A stretch of 64,000 bases of DNA from Candidatus Bathyarchaeia archaeon (GCA_038883855.1 JAVZLH010000004.1:31150-95149); one strand, 5' to 3'. Numbered from the stretch's first letter, positions 18,160 through 28,667 are shown. The notes: generated by a model not told the origin, from the sequence alone. Made by a program: numbers and translations.

Positions 18160-19611
18160 TTACCTTTGAACTTTCCTTAGCAGTTTCCCATCGCGACTGT
18201 AAATTTCCACGGTTAGGGGCATCTGCCCCACGGCAAAATGTGTTGCGCATCCAAAGCATGGGTCATAAGCCCTGAAAGCCATTTCCACCATGTTAAGCAA
18301 GCCTTGGTCAACTTTGCCCCCGTGGATTAAACCTTTAGCAGCATTACGAACTGACATGTTTATCGACGGAGCATTATTAACTGTTGCCACAATCAAGTTT
18401 ACGTCTTTTATTAACGCGTCCTCATCCAAAACATAATGATGAATCAACGTTCCTCTCGCAGCTTCAACCACACCTACACCTTCGCCGGGCCTCCCGGGCT
18501 TGTTGCGAACATCTTTGCTTGTGATCTCCGGGTCTTTAGCCAGTTCCAAAGTTCTTTCAGCAGCGTAAAGCAGTTCGATAAGCCTAGCCCAGTGATAAGC
18601 TAGTGTTGAGTGAACTGGCCGGCCTAAAGTCTTATACATCAACTCATACTCTTCTTGGGCAAGCGGTGTAGCCATACCATCTGAGGCGTTAAGCCTTCCA
18701 AGCGGTCCGACACGGTATGCCCCGCTTTCTGGACCGTCTACAAAGCCTTTCCAGCCGATTTTCTTTAGGTATGGAAGTTTTACGTAGGTCCATTCTTCTA
18801 CATGTTCCGCTATGTGGTCTAGGTAGTTTTTCGCCTCAAACTTTGCGAACTCGTTTCCGTTTGGGTCGACGACCCGTATTTTGCCGTCGTAGAAGTTTAC
18901 TTTGTTTTTCTCGTCAACCAAACCCATATAATAGGTTTTCAGCGTGTAGGCGTCGCTTTTAATTAAGTCAACGTATTTGCTGTTTCCAAGAACAACATCG
19001 TGGAACAGTTTTAACGAGAACTTAGCAAAGTTGACGGCTGAAGCCGCCATCTTCTCAATTTCTTGCCTATTCTCCTCGCTTAATGGCTTAGATATCCCGC
19101 CAGGTATTCCACATACCGGATGCGTTGCTTTTCCGCCGATTATTTCGGTTATTCGTTGTCCATAGGCTCTGTGTTTTATGACTTCTTTGCCTATTTCTAA
19201 TCCAGCCTTTTCAATAACGCCTAGAACGTTGCGTTTTTCCGGCGGTGCGTCTGGACCGACAACAAAGTCTGGTCCACCAAGATAATAAAAGTGCAGTGTA
19301 TGGTCGTAGATGTAGTAGCCACAATACATAAGTTCCCGTAACTTTTTAGCTGCTGAGGGAGGCTCAACATTGAAGGCGGCGTCTAAAGCCTTTGTTCCAG
19401 CCATGTGGTGAGCGACGGGGCAGACTCCGCAGATTCTGCTCGTTAGAAGCGGCATGTCTTCAGCTTTTCTTCCGACGCAGAACCTTTCGAAGCCCCTCAG
19501 TTCTGGAATTTGCAGGTAGGCGTTTTCCACCTCACCGGCGTCGTTTAGGAAAATGGCTATTTTTCCGTGTCCCTCAAGTCTTGTTATTGGGTCTATGATT
19601 ATTTCTTTCAT
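18160..19611 (-). CDS. mvhA: [NiFe]-hydrogenase large subunit, group 3c (copy 1)
   Basis: TRLEGHG, L1 RICGVCPVAH, EAARGTLIHHY and L2 DPCFGCATH with a cleavable C-terminal tail. Confidence 0.94.
   Translation of the reverse strand: MKEIIIDPITRLEGHGKIAIFLNDAGEVENAYLQIPELRGFERFCVGRKAEDMPLLTSRICGVCPVAHHMAGTKALDAAFNVEPPSAAKKLRELMYCGYYIYDHTLHFYYLGGPDFVVGPDAPPEKRNVLGVIEKAGLEIGKEVIKHRAYGQRITEIIGGKATHPVCGIPGGISKPLSEENRQEIEKMAASAVNFAKFSLKLFHDVVLGNSKYVDLIKSDAYTLKTYYMGLVDEKNKVNFYDGKIRVVDPNGNEFAKFEAKNYLDHIAEHVEEWTYVKLPYLKKIGWKGFVDGPESGAYRVGPLGRLNASDGMATPLAQEEYELMYKTLGRPVHSTLAYHWARLIELLYAAERTLELAKDPEITSKDVRNKPGRPGEGVGVVEAARGTLIHHYVLDEDALIKDVNLIVATVNNAPSINMSVRNAAKGLIHGGKVDQGLLNMVEMAFRAYDPCFGCATHFAVGQMPLTVEIYSRDGKLLRKVQR
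19175..19337. repeat. 163-bp tract identical to 35594..35756 (between the two mvhA paralogs)
   Basis: Base-by-base comparison from TTTATGACTTC to AAGTTCCC showed no mismatch. Confidence 0.85.
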
Positions 19612-20588
19612 TTCATAACCCTCCTTCTAAGAATCGAAGCTGGTAAACCATACATGTAAAATGTTCCCACAGGGTCTTTTATCTGCGCTATAAGTTTCTC
19701 AACCTCTTCCTCCGTGTACTTTTCTTTCTCCTCTTCCAAGCCAAGTATCGAAGCCAAAGCACTTATCATCGCTGCACCTTGCTCTGGCGAGTTGGGGCAT
19801 GGTCCACCGCAGCCTGTGCATGGCATGTCAGCTTTTAAGCATCTTGCTCCGCATCCGCCGCGGGTTGCTGGACCCATGCATAGTATTCCCTGCTCAAGTA
19901 GGCAACGTTCCGGCTCCGGAGCCTTCTCGTAAACTCGGTATATTTTTGAGATTTTCTTATTCTCCTTCTTTCTTAGGCATTCGTCGCAAACAGATTTTAG
20001 CGGCGCGAGAACAGAGCCTTTTGGCGGAAGTTCTCCTTTGGCTATGGCTTCTATTGCGTAGAGTGTTCGTTCAACTGCTGGCGGACAGCCCGGTACATAA
20101 TAGTCAACTTCCACTGTTTGGTCTAAGGTTTTGACGGTGTCGTAAAATTCTGGAATTTCCAGTTCTCCCTCTTTAACTTTGACTTTTGGTTTGGGTGTTA
20201 CGCCGTTTGGGTTTACTGTGGAAAAAGTTTGCATGTAAACTTTTTCAAAAATTTCCTTCTTGTTTGTGAGGTTCGCCAGTCCAGGTACGCCTCCTAAATG
20301 AGCACAGGCGCCGTAGGCAACGAGCACTTTTGATTTTTTCCTTAAAAGTTTCGCCATATGCTCTTGTTCTGAGTTGCGTATTCCACCGTTAAAGAAGCAT
20401 ACATCTATGTATTTGTCCGGCATGTTTTCAACATCTTTATATTTTATGTCCATTGCTACCGGCCAGAAAACGACGTCGGCGATTTGCACTACGTCTAGGA
20501 TTTTCTCGTTTATGTCTAAAACGGCGATTTCGCATCCGCCGCAGCTCGCAGCCCAGTAGAAGGCAATCTTTAATTTGTTTTTCTCCAT
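19608..20588 (-). CDS. mvhG: [NiFe]-hydrogenase small subunit (copy 1)
   Basis: ASCGGCE, GACA, PGCPP, VCDEC and CMGPATRGGCGARC..PCTGC motifs. Confidence 0.93.
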   Translation of the reverse strand: MEKNKLKIAFYWAASCGGCEIAVLDINEKILDVVQIADVVFWPVAMDIKYKDVENMPDKYIDVCFFNGGIRNSEQEHMAKLLRKKSKVLVAYGACAHLGGVPGLANLTNKKEIFEKVYMQTFSTVNPNGVTPKPKVKVKEGELEIPEFYDTVKTLDQTVEVDYYVPGCPPAVERTLYAIEAIAKGELPPKGSVLAPLKSVCDECLRKKENKKISKIYRVYEKAPEPERCLLEQGILCMGPATRGGCGARCLKADMPCTGCGGPCPNSPEQGAAMISALASILGLEEEKEKYTEEEVEKLIAQIKDPVGTFYMYGLPASILRRRVMK

Positions 20589-20601
20589 TTTGATTCCTCA
20601 A

Positions 20602-21477
20602 TTAAACGTTACTTAAAACTTCTGTGGGCTTAACTCTAAGCTCGTCGAATCCGAGTTCTTTAGGTTGGAAGCCCATGGCTAAACCCAGCAGCTGCGTGTA
20701 GTGTAGCACTGGGATGCCGAACTTCTCGTTAAAAGTTTTTTCTATTCTGGATTGGTTAAGGTCGAACATTATGTGGCAGAATGGGCATATGGTAATCAGC
20801 GCCTGAGCTTTCACAGCCCTAATATTGCTGAGTTTTTCCTTTGCCATTTGGAATGGCACTTCCTCGTTTACGCCTATTATCGGGTTTCCACAACACTGAG
20901 TCTCATCCATGTAGTCTAGGCATTCAGCCCCGGTCAGCCTAATCAGTTCCTTAAGGGTTGTTGGGTTTTCAGGGTCGTCGCGGCCAACATACTTTGCTGG
21001 GCGGACGACGTGGCATCCGCTGTGTTGGGCAACTTGAAGTTTTGTTAGAGGCTTTTTAACAGCGCTTTTTATTTTCTCGAAGCCAACATCTTCAGCCAAA
21101 ACATAGATTAGATGTTTAACTTCTATTGTCCCTTTGAACTCCATGCCCATTTCCTTTAAGTAACCGTTAATCTTCTCCCTCAACTTTTTGTCTTCTTTAA
21201 GCATCTTGTTTGTTTCGTTTAGGCTGCTGAAGCATCCGTTGCACAAAGTTAAGATGTTGAGGTTTTCTCTTTCAGCCAAGCAGAGGTTTCGCGCCGCCAA
21301 AGTCAACATTAACTCATGGTTTATTGGGTCCATTGGTAGCCCGCAACAGTTGAATTCTGGCATCTCAACAAGTTCAACTCCGAGCTTGCCAAGGACTTTT
21401 CTCGCTGAAACCTCGTAGCTTGAAAGCCTATATGGGACGACGCAGCCTAGGAATATGAGGTATTTTGGATTTGCCAT
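20602..21477 (-). CDS. hdrB: Heterodisulfide reductase subunit B (copy 1)
   Basis: FLGC..CCG..CNGC and GCH..CCG..CPFC double CCG domains. Confidence 0.93.
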   Translation of the reverse strand: MANPKYLIFLGCVVPYRLSSYEVSARKVLGKLGVELVEMPEFNCCGLPMDPINHELMLTLAARNLCLAERENLNILTLCNGCFSSLNETNKMLKEDKKLREKINGYLKEMGMEFKGTIEVKHLIYVLAEDVGFEKIKSAVKKPLTKLQVAQHSGCHVVRPAKYVGRDDPENPTTLKELIRLTGAECLDYMDETQCCGNPIIGVNEEVPFQMAKEKLSNIRAVKAQALITICPFCHIMFDLNQSRIEKTFNEKFGIPVLHYTQLLGLAMGFQPKELGFDELRVKPTEVLSNV

Positions 21478-22031
21478 CAGCTTTTCACCTTCTCAAAAGT
21501 TTTCGCGTTTTCAAGAATCTTCGCCGAACCAGTAAGCTCAAATATTTTTGAAACGTCGGCGAGGTTTGGCTTTGGAAGAGGCGGTAAACCATCCTCCACC
21601 CTCTTTTTATGTCTTGACTCTGGAATGGCGTATACATAACCGCTTTTCAAAAGGTTAGTTGCCAACTCCTTGTAAACTAGAGGCATTATACCCTTATCTT
21701 TCGTAACCATGTTTCGTAAGGCGCGCACTATTCCAGCGATTTCAACACCCTGCGGACAGTGGTCAACACATGTGAAGCACGCTGTGCAAAGCCAAAGGGT
21801 GTCGTTTGACAAAAGCCTATCTTTTAGCCCAAGCTGCACCATTCTTGCTATCTTTCTTGGTCTGTAAAAGTCGCTGAACCTTGAGATTGGGCAGTCGGCT
21901 GTGCATGTTCCACACTGGAAGCAGAGCATTATTTTTTCTGCGCCATGTATCTTACTCATTTCATACTTGAATTTGGGATCTAGTTCCTCAGCCTTTATCA
22001 CGCTTGCAGCTTGCTCTTTAACTTCACTCAT
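21477..22031 (-). CDS. hdrC: Heterodisulfide reductase subunit C (copy 1)
   Basis: [12 protein letters not shown] and [14 protein letters not shown]. Confidence 0.93.
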   Translation of the reverse strand: MSEVKEQAASVIKAEELDPKFKYEMSKIHGAEKIMLCFQCGTCTADCPISRFSDFYRPRKIARMVQLGLKDRLLSNDTLWLCTACFTCVDHCPQGVEIAGIVRALRNMVTKDKGIMPLVYKELATNLLKSGYVYAIPESRHKKRVEDGLPPLPKPNLADVSKIFELTGSAKILENAKTFEKVKS

Positions 22032-22465
22032 TCGTTTTTCCCTCCACTCTTTAACGGGCTTGGACCAAGCTTTTTAATTTGTTCAACCATGTCCCTCACA
22101 ACAGCGGCAAACTTGTCTCCTTCACTTGCCGAAACCCACTCCAGTCGCACACGCTCCGGTTCTATTCCGAATTCCTGCAGAACCTTCTTTAGGAGCTTTA
22201 CCCTTCTTAAAGCTTTAAAGTTCCCGCTGAGGTAATGGCAGTCTGATGGTAAATGACAGCCGGCGACGAGAACCCCGTCAGCTCCATCCTTGAAGGCTTC
22301 TAAAATGAAGGCTGGATCTACTCTGCCGCTGCACATTACGCGGATAATTCTTATGTGTGGCGGGTATTGGATGCGGCTTACACCAGCCAAGTCTGCTCCA
22401 GCATAGGCGCACCAGTTGCAGAGGAAGCCAACAATTTTTGGTTCGAAATTTTTTTCGCCGCTCAT
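22028..22465 (-). CDS. mvhD: [2Fe-2S] adaptor subunit MvhD
   Basis: [26 protein letters not shown] and WVSASEG. Confidence 0.95.
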   Translation of the reverse strand: MSGEKNFEPKIVGFLCNWCAYAGADLAGVSRIQYPPHIRIIRVMCSGRVDPAFILEAFKDGADGVLVAGCHLPSDCHYLSGNFKALRRVKLLKKVLQEFGIEPERVRLEWVSASEGDKFAAVVRDMVEQIKKLGPSPLKSGGKNE

Positions 22466-25400
22466 GCTGTTGCCTCCTCCATTAAGGCTGCTCTAACTTG
22501 AGCCATTATCTCTTCAGTTGTGAAGTGACCTAGGATTATGGCTTTTGTTGGACATGCTGTTCCGCAGACTCCGCATCCCTTGCAGAGGGCTTCAATTACG
22601 TGTGCAACTGGTTTGCCGTCTTTTTCTTTCATTTCTATCGCGCCGTAGGGACATAGATATTCACAGATTCTACAACCACTACATAAATCTTCATCCACGT
22701 TTGCGATGATTCCCTCGGTTTCAAGCGTCTTTTTCGATAATATCGTTGCGGCTCTTGCTGCTGCAGCACACGCTTGAGCGATGCTTTCGTCAATGTATTT
22801 GGGGAGATGCGCCATTCCACATAGGAAGACGCCGTCTGTTTGGAAGTCTACTGGTCTAAGCTTCATGTGGGCTTCTAGGAAGAAACCGTCTTTTGTCAGA
22901 GGCACTTTAAGCATTTCTGCTATGCGCTTATTATCTGGGTTTGGAACTGTGGCGGCGCTTAAAACAACGAGGTCTGGTTGGATTTCAATCTCCTCTTTAA
23001 TCACTGGTTCATAGAATCTTACTTCGAGTTTTCCACCAGTGTTTGTAACTTTTGGCTTTCTTTCATCATCATAGTTTATGAACATGACGCCTTTTTCCGC
23101 TGCCTTGCGATAATAGTCCTCTTTGAAACCATAACTTCTAACATCCTTGTAGAGAACGTAAACATCTGTCTGGGGGCTGGTCTCCTTGATTTTTAACGCG
23201 TTTTTGATGGCCTGCCCGCAGCATATCCTAGCACAGTTAGGTCTTTCTTCCGTTCTTGCGCCGACACATTGTATCATGACAACTGTTTTTGCTTTGAATT
23301 CGCCTTTCGCAATTTTCTCTTCCAACTCGTGTTGCGTCACTACCCTTGGGTCTTTACCATATAAGTATTCGGTTGGCTTGTATTCAACAGCTCCAGTTGC
23401 AACGATAACCACACCATGCTCTATTTCCTTTTCCTCGCCATTTTCCACAATTTTTGATTTAAAGTTGCCAACGAAACCGTTGACTTCAACGACTTCCGCT
23501 CCGAGGTGAACTTGTATCTTCTTGTTTTCCATAACCTCTTTAACTAGCTTGTTCAACTGTTCCTTCGGGTCTTCGCCTTCCAGCAGATAGTAGATTTTGC
23601 GCAGGTGTCCACCCAACTCTTTTTCGCGTTCTACAAGGTGAACTTCAAAGCCTTGCTTGGCAAGTTCTAGAGCTGCAGTCATGCCTGAAACTCCGCCGCC
23701 GATTATTAGGGCTACAGGCGTAACGCCTATCACTGGCTTCTTCAGAGGTTTCAGAAGCCTTGCTTTTGCAACCACTGACCGAACAAGGTCTTTGGCTTTT
23801 TCCGTTGCTTCCTTGGGCTGGTGCATATGCACCCAACTGCACTGGTCTCGGATGTTCGCCATCTCAAAGAGGTAGGGGTTCAAGCCAGCCTCTTGAACGG
23901 TTTCTCTGAAAAGCGGCTCATGTGTCCTAGGAGTGCAGGAGGCGACAACAACACGGTTAAGCTTATACTCTTGTATTTTCTCTTTTATCCTCTTTTGTGT
24001 GTCGTCAGAGCACGTGTAAAGGTTGTCTTCGGCGTAAACCACGTTTGGAAGTTTCCTCGCATATTCTACAACTTCCGGGACCCTTACTATTCCGCCGATG
24101 TTTATTCCACAGTGGCAAATGAAAACTCCTATACGCGGCTCTTCTTGGCTTACGTCCCTTTCAGGCGGATACTCCTTAACCGTTACGAACTTTCCTCTTT
24201 CAGAAGCTATTATGGACATGGCTTTTGAGGCTGCAGCACTCGCCTGCGCAACACTTTCAGGAATATCTTTCGGCGCGCTGAAAGCTCCACAGACAAATAT
24301 GCCTGGCTTTGATGTTTCAAGGGGCGTGAAGGTTTTTGTTTCACAGAAATGATATTTGTTAAGCTTTATCCCGAGGATTTTGGCAAGCTTTTCTATGTCT
24401 TTTGGCGGTTGCATTCCGGTGGAGAGAACAACCGTGTCGAACTCTTCTGTTTTCGGCGTTTCGTCCTCAACATAGTGGACGAAGAGGTTGTTTGTCGCCG
24501 GGTCTTCTGTTACGCTTGCAACCCTTGACCTCACAAACCTTATACCGTACTCCTCTTTTGCACGGTTGTAGTAGGCGTCAAACTCTTTTCCATAAGCGCG
24601 GATATCCATGTAGAAAATTGTGCAGTCAAGCTTTGTCGGCACATGTTCCTTAGCTATTATCGCCTCTTTAATGCCGTACATGCAGCACGCTGCAGAACAA
24701 TAGTTGTTTCCGAGTTGCGCATCTCGTGAGCCAACACATTGAATGAAGGCTATTTTCCGCGGGATTTCGCCGTCTGAAGGTCTTAGGACTATTCCGCCGT
24801 AGGGTCCTGAAGCGCTTAAAATGCGTTCGAACTCTATGCTTGTTACAACGTTTGGGAAGCGTCCATAACCATATTCGCTTTTGAGCCTAGCGTCGAAGGG
24901 TTCGAATCCTGGTGCTAGGATTATTGAGCCTACTTTTAGGGTTACTTCGCTGTCTTGCTGGTCGTATTCAACAGCCTTCGCCTTACATACTTCTTGACAT
25001 GTTCTACAGCCTATGCATTTTTCTCGGTTTATTATGAACCTTAACGGAACTGCTTGTGGATACTCAACGTAGATGGCGCTTTTATCAGTCAAGCCTTTAT
25101 TGTATGTGTCTATGGCTTCAACGGGACATTTTTGTGCGCACAGCCCGCAGCCGTTGCATTTTTCCTCGTTTATGTAACGGCTTCTTTTTCGAATTTTAAC
25201 TTCGAAGTTTCCAGCTTCGCCTTCTAAGCCCACCACTTCGCTGTTCGTAATCAAAGTTATGTTTGGGTGCCTTCCAGTTGTGACAAGCTTTGGTGCAAGA
25301 ATACACATTGAACAGTCGTTTGTTGGGAACGTCTTGTCAAGTTGCGCCATTACGCCGCCTATGCTAGGCGACTGGTCAACAAGGTACACTTTAAAGCCAG

Positions 25401-25482
25401 AGTCAGCCAAGTCTAGGGAAGCTTGTATTCCAGCGACGCCTCCGCCGACCACGAGGACTGAACCTACTTTTTCCTTAGCCAT
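22462..25482 (-). CDS. hdrA: Large (~1006 aa) HdrA with two tandem FAD modules
   Basis: Two GGGxxG FAD motifs, [23 protein letters not shown], an internal CHCGINI/CTPRTHE domain, a second IQCVGAR..CARICC and a C-terminal ferredoxin. Start at ATG 25482 after GGAGGT. Confidence 0.93.
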   Translation of the reverse strand: MAKEKVGSVLVVGGGVAGIQASLDLADSGFKVYLVDQSPSIGGVMAQLDKTFPTNDCSMCILAPKLVTTGRHPNITLITNSEVVGLEGEAGNFEVKIRKRSRYINEEKCNGCGLCAQKCPVEAIDTYNKGLTDKSAIYVEYPQAVPLRFIINREKCIGCRTCQEVCKAKAVEYDQQDSEVTLKVGSIILAPGFEPFDARLKSEYGYGRFPNVVTSIEFERILSASGPYGGIVLRPSDGEIPRKIAFIQCVGSRDAQLGNNYCSAACCMYGIKEAIIAKEHVPTKLDCTIFYMDIRAYGKEFDAYYNRAKEEYGIRFVRSRVASVTEDPATNNLFVHYVEDETPKTEEFDTVVLSTGMQPPKDIEKLAKILGIKLNKYHFCETKTFTPLETSKPGIFVCGAFSAPKDIPESVAQASAAASKAMSIIASERGKFVTVKEYPPERDVSQEEPRIGVFICHCGINIGGIVRVPEVVEYARKLPNVVYAEDNLYTCSDDTQKRIKEKIQEYKLNRVVVASCTPRTHEPLFRETVQEAGLNPYLFEMANIRDQCSWVHMHQPKEATEKAKDLVRSVVAKARLLKPLKKPVIGVTPVALIIGGGVSGMTAALELAKQGFEVHLVEREKELGGHLRKIYYLLEGEDPKEQLNKLVKEVMENKKIQVHLGAEVVEVNGFVGNFKSKIVENGEEKEIEHGVVIVATGAVEYKPTEYLYGKDPRVVTQHELEEKIAKGEFKAKTVVMIQCVGARTEERPNCARICCGQAIKNALKIKETSPQTDVYVLYKDVRSYGFKEDYYRKAAEKGVMFINYDDERKPKVTNTGGKLEVRFYEPVIKEEIEIQPDLVVLSAATVPNPDNKRIAEMLKVPLTKDGFFLEAHMKLRPVDFQTDGVFLCGMAHLPKYIDESIAQACAAAARAATILSKKTLETEGIIANVDEDLCSGCRICEYLCPYGAIEMKEKDGKPVAHVIEALCKGCGVCGTACPTKAIILGHFTTEEIMAQVRAALMEEATA

Positions 25483-25483
25483 T

Positions 25484-26233
25484 TTACTTAACCTCCAAAG
25501 CTTTGTAAAGTGGAGTTGTTCCTTCAACCCTGTCTAGGGCTATCATCCCCTTTCTACGCATGTTAGTTATGTGTCGAAGAACTGCGGCTGGCTTAATGCC
25601 GAGGTTTTCGGCTAAAGCCTTAACTGAAAGGGGTTTATCCTTTGTGAGAAGGTGAATCTTATGTCGGATAAATTCTGCAGTAACGATTTCGTCTAATAAG
25701 GCGTCAAATTCCTCTTGTGGGATTTTTTCGCCATAGGCGTTTAGGAAGTTTGTCAGTTCTTCCTCCCTTCCCAAAAGAACTCTAAGTCTAAAATCTGATG
25801 CCGCGTTCTTTGCTGCCAGAATATTTTCTGAAATTTTTGATTTCGGCTCTTTCAATGGGGAAGCGCCAAGCTTCCAGATGTCTTCTGAAAACTCTCTTGC
25901 AAGGTAACTGAAACTTATCTCTTCCAATGGTGAAGACCAAAACAGTTTCAAGCGTTCAGGTTCAAGACCAGTTAAAGCCATCAGCTTCTTCAACATTTTG
26001 ACAGCGCGTTCTGCTTGAAGGTTGCCGTCGACAAAGTGGCAGTCTGGCGGTTTGCATCCAACCAGCATTACGCCGTTTGCTCCCTTGGCGAATGTTTCTA
26101 AAACTATAACTGGGTCTATCCTTCCAACACATGCAACGCGGACAACGTTAACGTTTGATGGAACATGTAATTCTTCTTGGCAGTAAGTCCAGTTACACAT
26201 GAAACAAACAATTTTAGGCATGTTACGTTCCAT
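25484..26233 (-). CDS. MvhD-like [2Fe-2S] domain fused to a helical linker and a C-terminal winged helix-turn-helix
   Basis: FMCNW, ACVGRIDP, GCKPPDCHF and LEPERL, then LSVKALAENLGIKPAAVLRHITNMRRKGMI. Start at ATG 26233 after GGGAGGT. Confidence 0.85.
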   Translation of the reverse strand: MERNMPKIVCFMCNWTYCQEELHVPSNVNVVRVACVGRIDPVIVLETFAKGANGVMLVGCKPPDCHFVDGNLQAERAVKMLKKLMALTGLEPERLKLFWSSPLEEISFSYLAREFSEDIWKLGASPLKEPKSKISENILAAKNAASDFRLRVLLGREEELTNFLNAYGEKIPQEEFDALLDEIVTAEFIRHKIHLLTKDKPLSVKALAENLGIKPAAVLRHITNMRRKGMIALDRVEGTTPLYKALEVK

Positions 26234-26238
26234 GCTTT

Positions 26239-27954
26239 TTACCTCCCTAAAGCTGCCGAAACGAGCATTAAAATTTGCTCGTTGGTCAGCTTCTTCATTG
26301 TTATGGCTTGTTCGGGACATCTAGCCGCACATACCCCGCATCCCTTGCATAGGTCTTCGTTTACCTGCGCTATTCCTTTCTCGTTCTTTTTAATTGCCTC
26401 AACGGGGCAGATAACCGCGCACACGTTGCATCCTACACAGCGGTTTTCATCCACAACGGCCTTATCGCCTTCGCATAAGTCCATGCTTGCAAGGCATTCT
26501 GAACATGGTCCACAGCCCAAACAGCGAAACGCTTCAAAACGCGCCTTCTGCTTTATCCTCTCCAAATATTCCACAGCTTCTTCAAAGCTTAAATGAGGCT
26601 TCTCTATGGGCGGTTCATACCTACGCTCTTTCTTCTTTATAGAACCCCAGTTTTTAACCCAGGTTGTCTCTTCAACCTTCTCCTCTCTACCCTTCCGCAA
26701 ATCTTGACCCCTAAGATAAAGATGGATGGAAACAGCCGCCCTTTTTCCAGCGCCCACAGCCTCAATTATGCTTGCGGGCCCAGTGGCTATGTCGCCTCCA
26801 GCGAAAACTCCTGGAACATTTGTTTCCAATGTTAACGGGTCAACTTGTAAGGGTGGACCCTTTTTGTCTTGGCTTAAAACTTCTGCTGGCAGACACTCGG
26901 TTTCAGCCACTTGTCCAAGGGCTGGAATCACCATGTCAACTTCATATTGGTGTTCTGAGAAACTTATTGGAACTGGGCGTCTTCTTCCGCTTTCATCTGG
27001 TTCGCCGAGGCGCATTCTCAGGCATTCAACAGCCTTAACCTTTCCATTTTCGCCTATAATCTGTTTCGGAGCAACCAACAGGTAGATTTTTATTCCGTCT
27101 TTTTCAGCCAGCTCCACCTCGTGCGGCAGCGCCGGCATTTCCTCACGTGAACGCCTATAAAGAATCATGACCTCTTTTGCGCCAAGCTTCTTTGCAGTTC
27201 TAGCTGCGTCGATTGCGGTGTTTCCGCCGCCGATCACAGCAACCCTTTCGCCGACGGTAACATGCTCGCCAAGCGCCACCGCCCTCAGAAAGTCTACAGC
27301 ATTAATAACGCCTTCTAAATCTTCGCCGGGCACATTTAATTTCATGCCTTTCTGTGTTCCGATGGCTATGAAAAACGCTTTGTAACCATCAGCCTTTAAG
27401 CTTTCAAGCGTCACATCTTTTCCAAATTCTACGCCAGTTTTTATTTCAACGCCTAAATCTTGGATGTAGGCTATTTCGTTTGCAACAACAAATTTTTCAA
27501 GACGAAAGTTTGGGAGACAATACCGCATCATGCCGCCTGGCTCGGACATGCGCTCAAAAACGGTTACGGGATAACCGAGCTTTGCAAGTTCGTAGGCTGC
27601 TGTTAACCCTGCGGGTCCAGCCCCTATTACGGCGACTTTTTCGCTGTATTTCTTCGGTATTGGGTCAGGCTTTACCCGTCCTTGTTCGCGTTCTATGTCT
27701 GCAACAAGCCTTTTTAGAGCGCGGATGGCTACGGCTTGGTCAACATTAACTCTTGCGCAAGCGTCTTCGCATGGGCTGAAGCATACTCTTCCACAGATTG
27801 CAGGGAAGGGCATGTCCTTTCTTATAACTTCCACAGCCTCTCTGAATTTACCCCTTTGAATCAGAGAAACATATGCTTGAACGTTTACCCGCGCTGGGCA
27901 CACCGCCCTACACGGGGGCAACAATCTTTTTTCACTTATTGGAATGGCTGTCAT
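26239..27954 (-). CDS. GltD/NfnB/HdrL-like FAD- and NAD(P)H-binding Fe-S oxidoreductase with C-terminal ferredoxin
   Basis: PCRAVCP, CGRVCFSPCEDAC, GAGPAG, GGGNTAID..YRRSREEMPA, FAGGD, RCLGCGPCSEC and two CxxCxxCxxxCP motifs. Confidence 0.9.
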   Translation of the reverse strand: MTAIPISEKRLLPPCRAVCPARVNVQAYVSLIQRGKFREAVEVIRKDMPFPAICGRVCFSPCEDACARVNVDQAVAIRALKRLVADIEREQGRVKPDPIPKKYSEKVAVIGAGPAGLTAAYELAKLGYPVTVFERMSEPGGMMRYCLPNFRLEKFVVANEIAYIQDLGVEIKTGVEFGKDVTLESLKADGYKAFFIAIGTQKGMKLNVPGEDLEGVINAVDFLRAVALGEHVTVGERVAVIGGGNTAIDAARTAKKLGAKEVMILYRRSREEMPALPHEVELAEKDGIKIYLLVAPKQIIGENGKVKAVECLRMRLGEPDESGRRRPVPISFSEHQYEVDMVIPALGQVAETECLPAEVLSQDKKGPPLQVDPLTLETNVPGVFAGGDIATGPASIIEAVGAGKRAAVSIHLYLRGQDLRKGREEKVEETTWVKNWGSIKKKERRYEPPIEKPHLSFEEAVEYLERIKQKARFEAFRCLGCGPCSECLASMDLCEGDKAVVDENRCVGCNVCAVICPVEAIKKNEKGIAQVNEDLCKGCGVCAARCPEQAITMKKLTNEQILMLVSAALGR

Positions 27955-28055
27955 CGGTTAGACCAGCCTCTTAGAAGTATATTCGAATGTTTTGTCCAAT
28001 ATATTAACCCACCTAAACCATGTTTAACATATATGTAACACAAGATTTTTAACAG

Positions 28056-28076
28056 AAAAAGGGGGGAGTTGAGGGT
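28056..28076 (-). terminator. Putative pyrimidine/oligo-T terminator after the RHH-GcvH gene
   Basis: The minus strand reads ACCCTCAACTCCCCCCTTTTT directly after the stop codon. Confidence 0.4.
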
Positions 28077-28667
28077 TTATTCGCGGAGCCTTCCTTCAAG
28101 TTTGCTTACCCACTTATTGTATTCTCTTGGGCCTAACAAGCCTTTTAGTTCCTCTTCCAAAGTCATGGAGTTTTTGGGTTTAATCTCGATTATCCAGCCT
28201 TCGCCATACGGATCCTCATTTATCAGGTGAGGTTTATCCCTCAAATTCTCGTTAACCTTAACGATTTTACCGCTTACAGGTGCGTAAAGGTCAAACATGA
28301 ACATCCATGTTTCAGCCACACCGAAAGGCTCCATTTTGTTAACTTCTTTCCCAACAGGGTCTGTAATAACGTTTGCAATGCCCTTTAAGTGTTTTTGAGC
28401 GTAGTCTGAAACGCCCACGCGTATGTTTCCTTCAGGGGTTATTTGAGCCCAAGTGTGCTTTGGTGTGTATAGCAGTTGTTCAGGTACCGCTAGGAGTTCT
28501 TTGCACTTTTCGGCTGGAATGCCCTCAGCGCGCATAAGTTCTTCTAAGCGCAGTCGGATTGCTTCTGAAACGAACTCCGATATGCTTCGGTAACGGCCCG
28601 TTTTGAGAGCTTTTTCGATTTCTTTTATGAGTTCTTGCCTTATACTTACGGTTTTCCATTCTGACAT
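28077..28667 (-). CDS. Ribbon-helix-helix domain fused to a GcvH-like domain lacking the lipoyl-lysine
   Basis: N-terminal WKTVSIRQELIKEIEKALKTGRYRSISEFVSEAIRLRL (RHH). C-terminal YTPKHTWA, VGVSDYAQ, DLYAPVSGKIVKVN and INEDPYGEGWI (GcvH), with ETWM in place of ESVK. Confidence 0.88.
   Translation of the reverse strand: MSEWKTVSIRQELIKEIEKALKTGRYRSISEFVSEAIRLRLEELMRAEGIPAEKCKELLAVPEQLLYTPKHTWAQITPEGNIRVGVSDYAQKHLKGIANVITDPVGKEVNKMEPFGVAETWMFMFDLYAPVSGKIVKVNENLRDKPHLINEDPYGEGWIIEIKPKNSMTLEEELKGLLGPREYNKWVSKLEGRLRE

Noticed and set aside
25483-25527. Long N-terminal extensions and overlaps given by the ORF track (hdrA 25527, mvhD-wHTH 26320, hdrA 34667, hdrD-like 42635)
   Set aside because: Downstream ATGs, most with clear GGAGG-type RBSs, give more plausible starts.
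28077-28667. Functional glycine cleavage system H protein
   Set aside because: The lipoyl Lys is absent, an RHH is fused, and no gcvP, gcvT or lpd gene is in the window.
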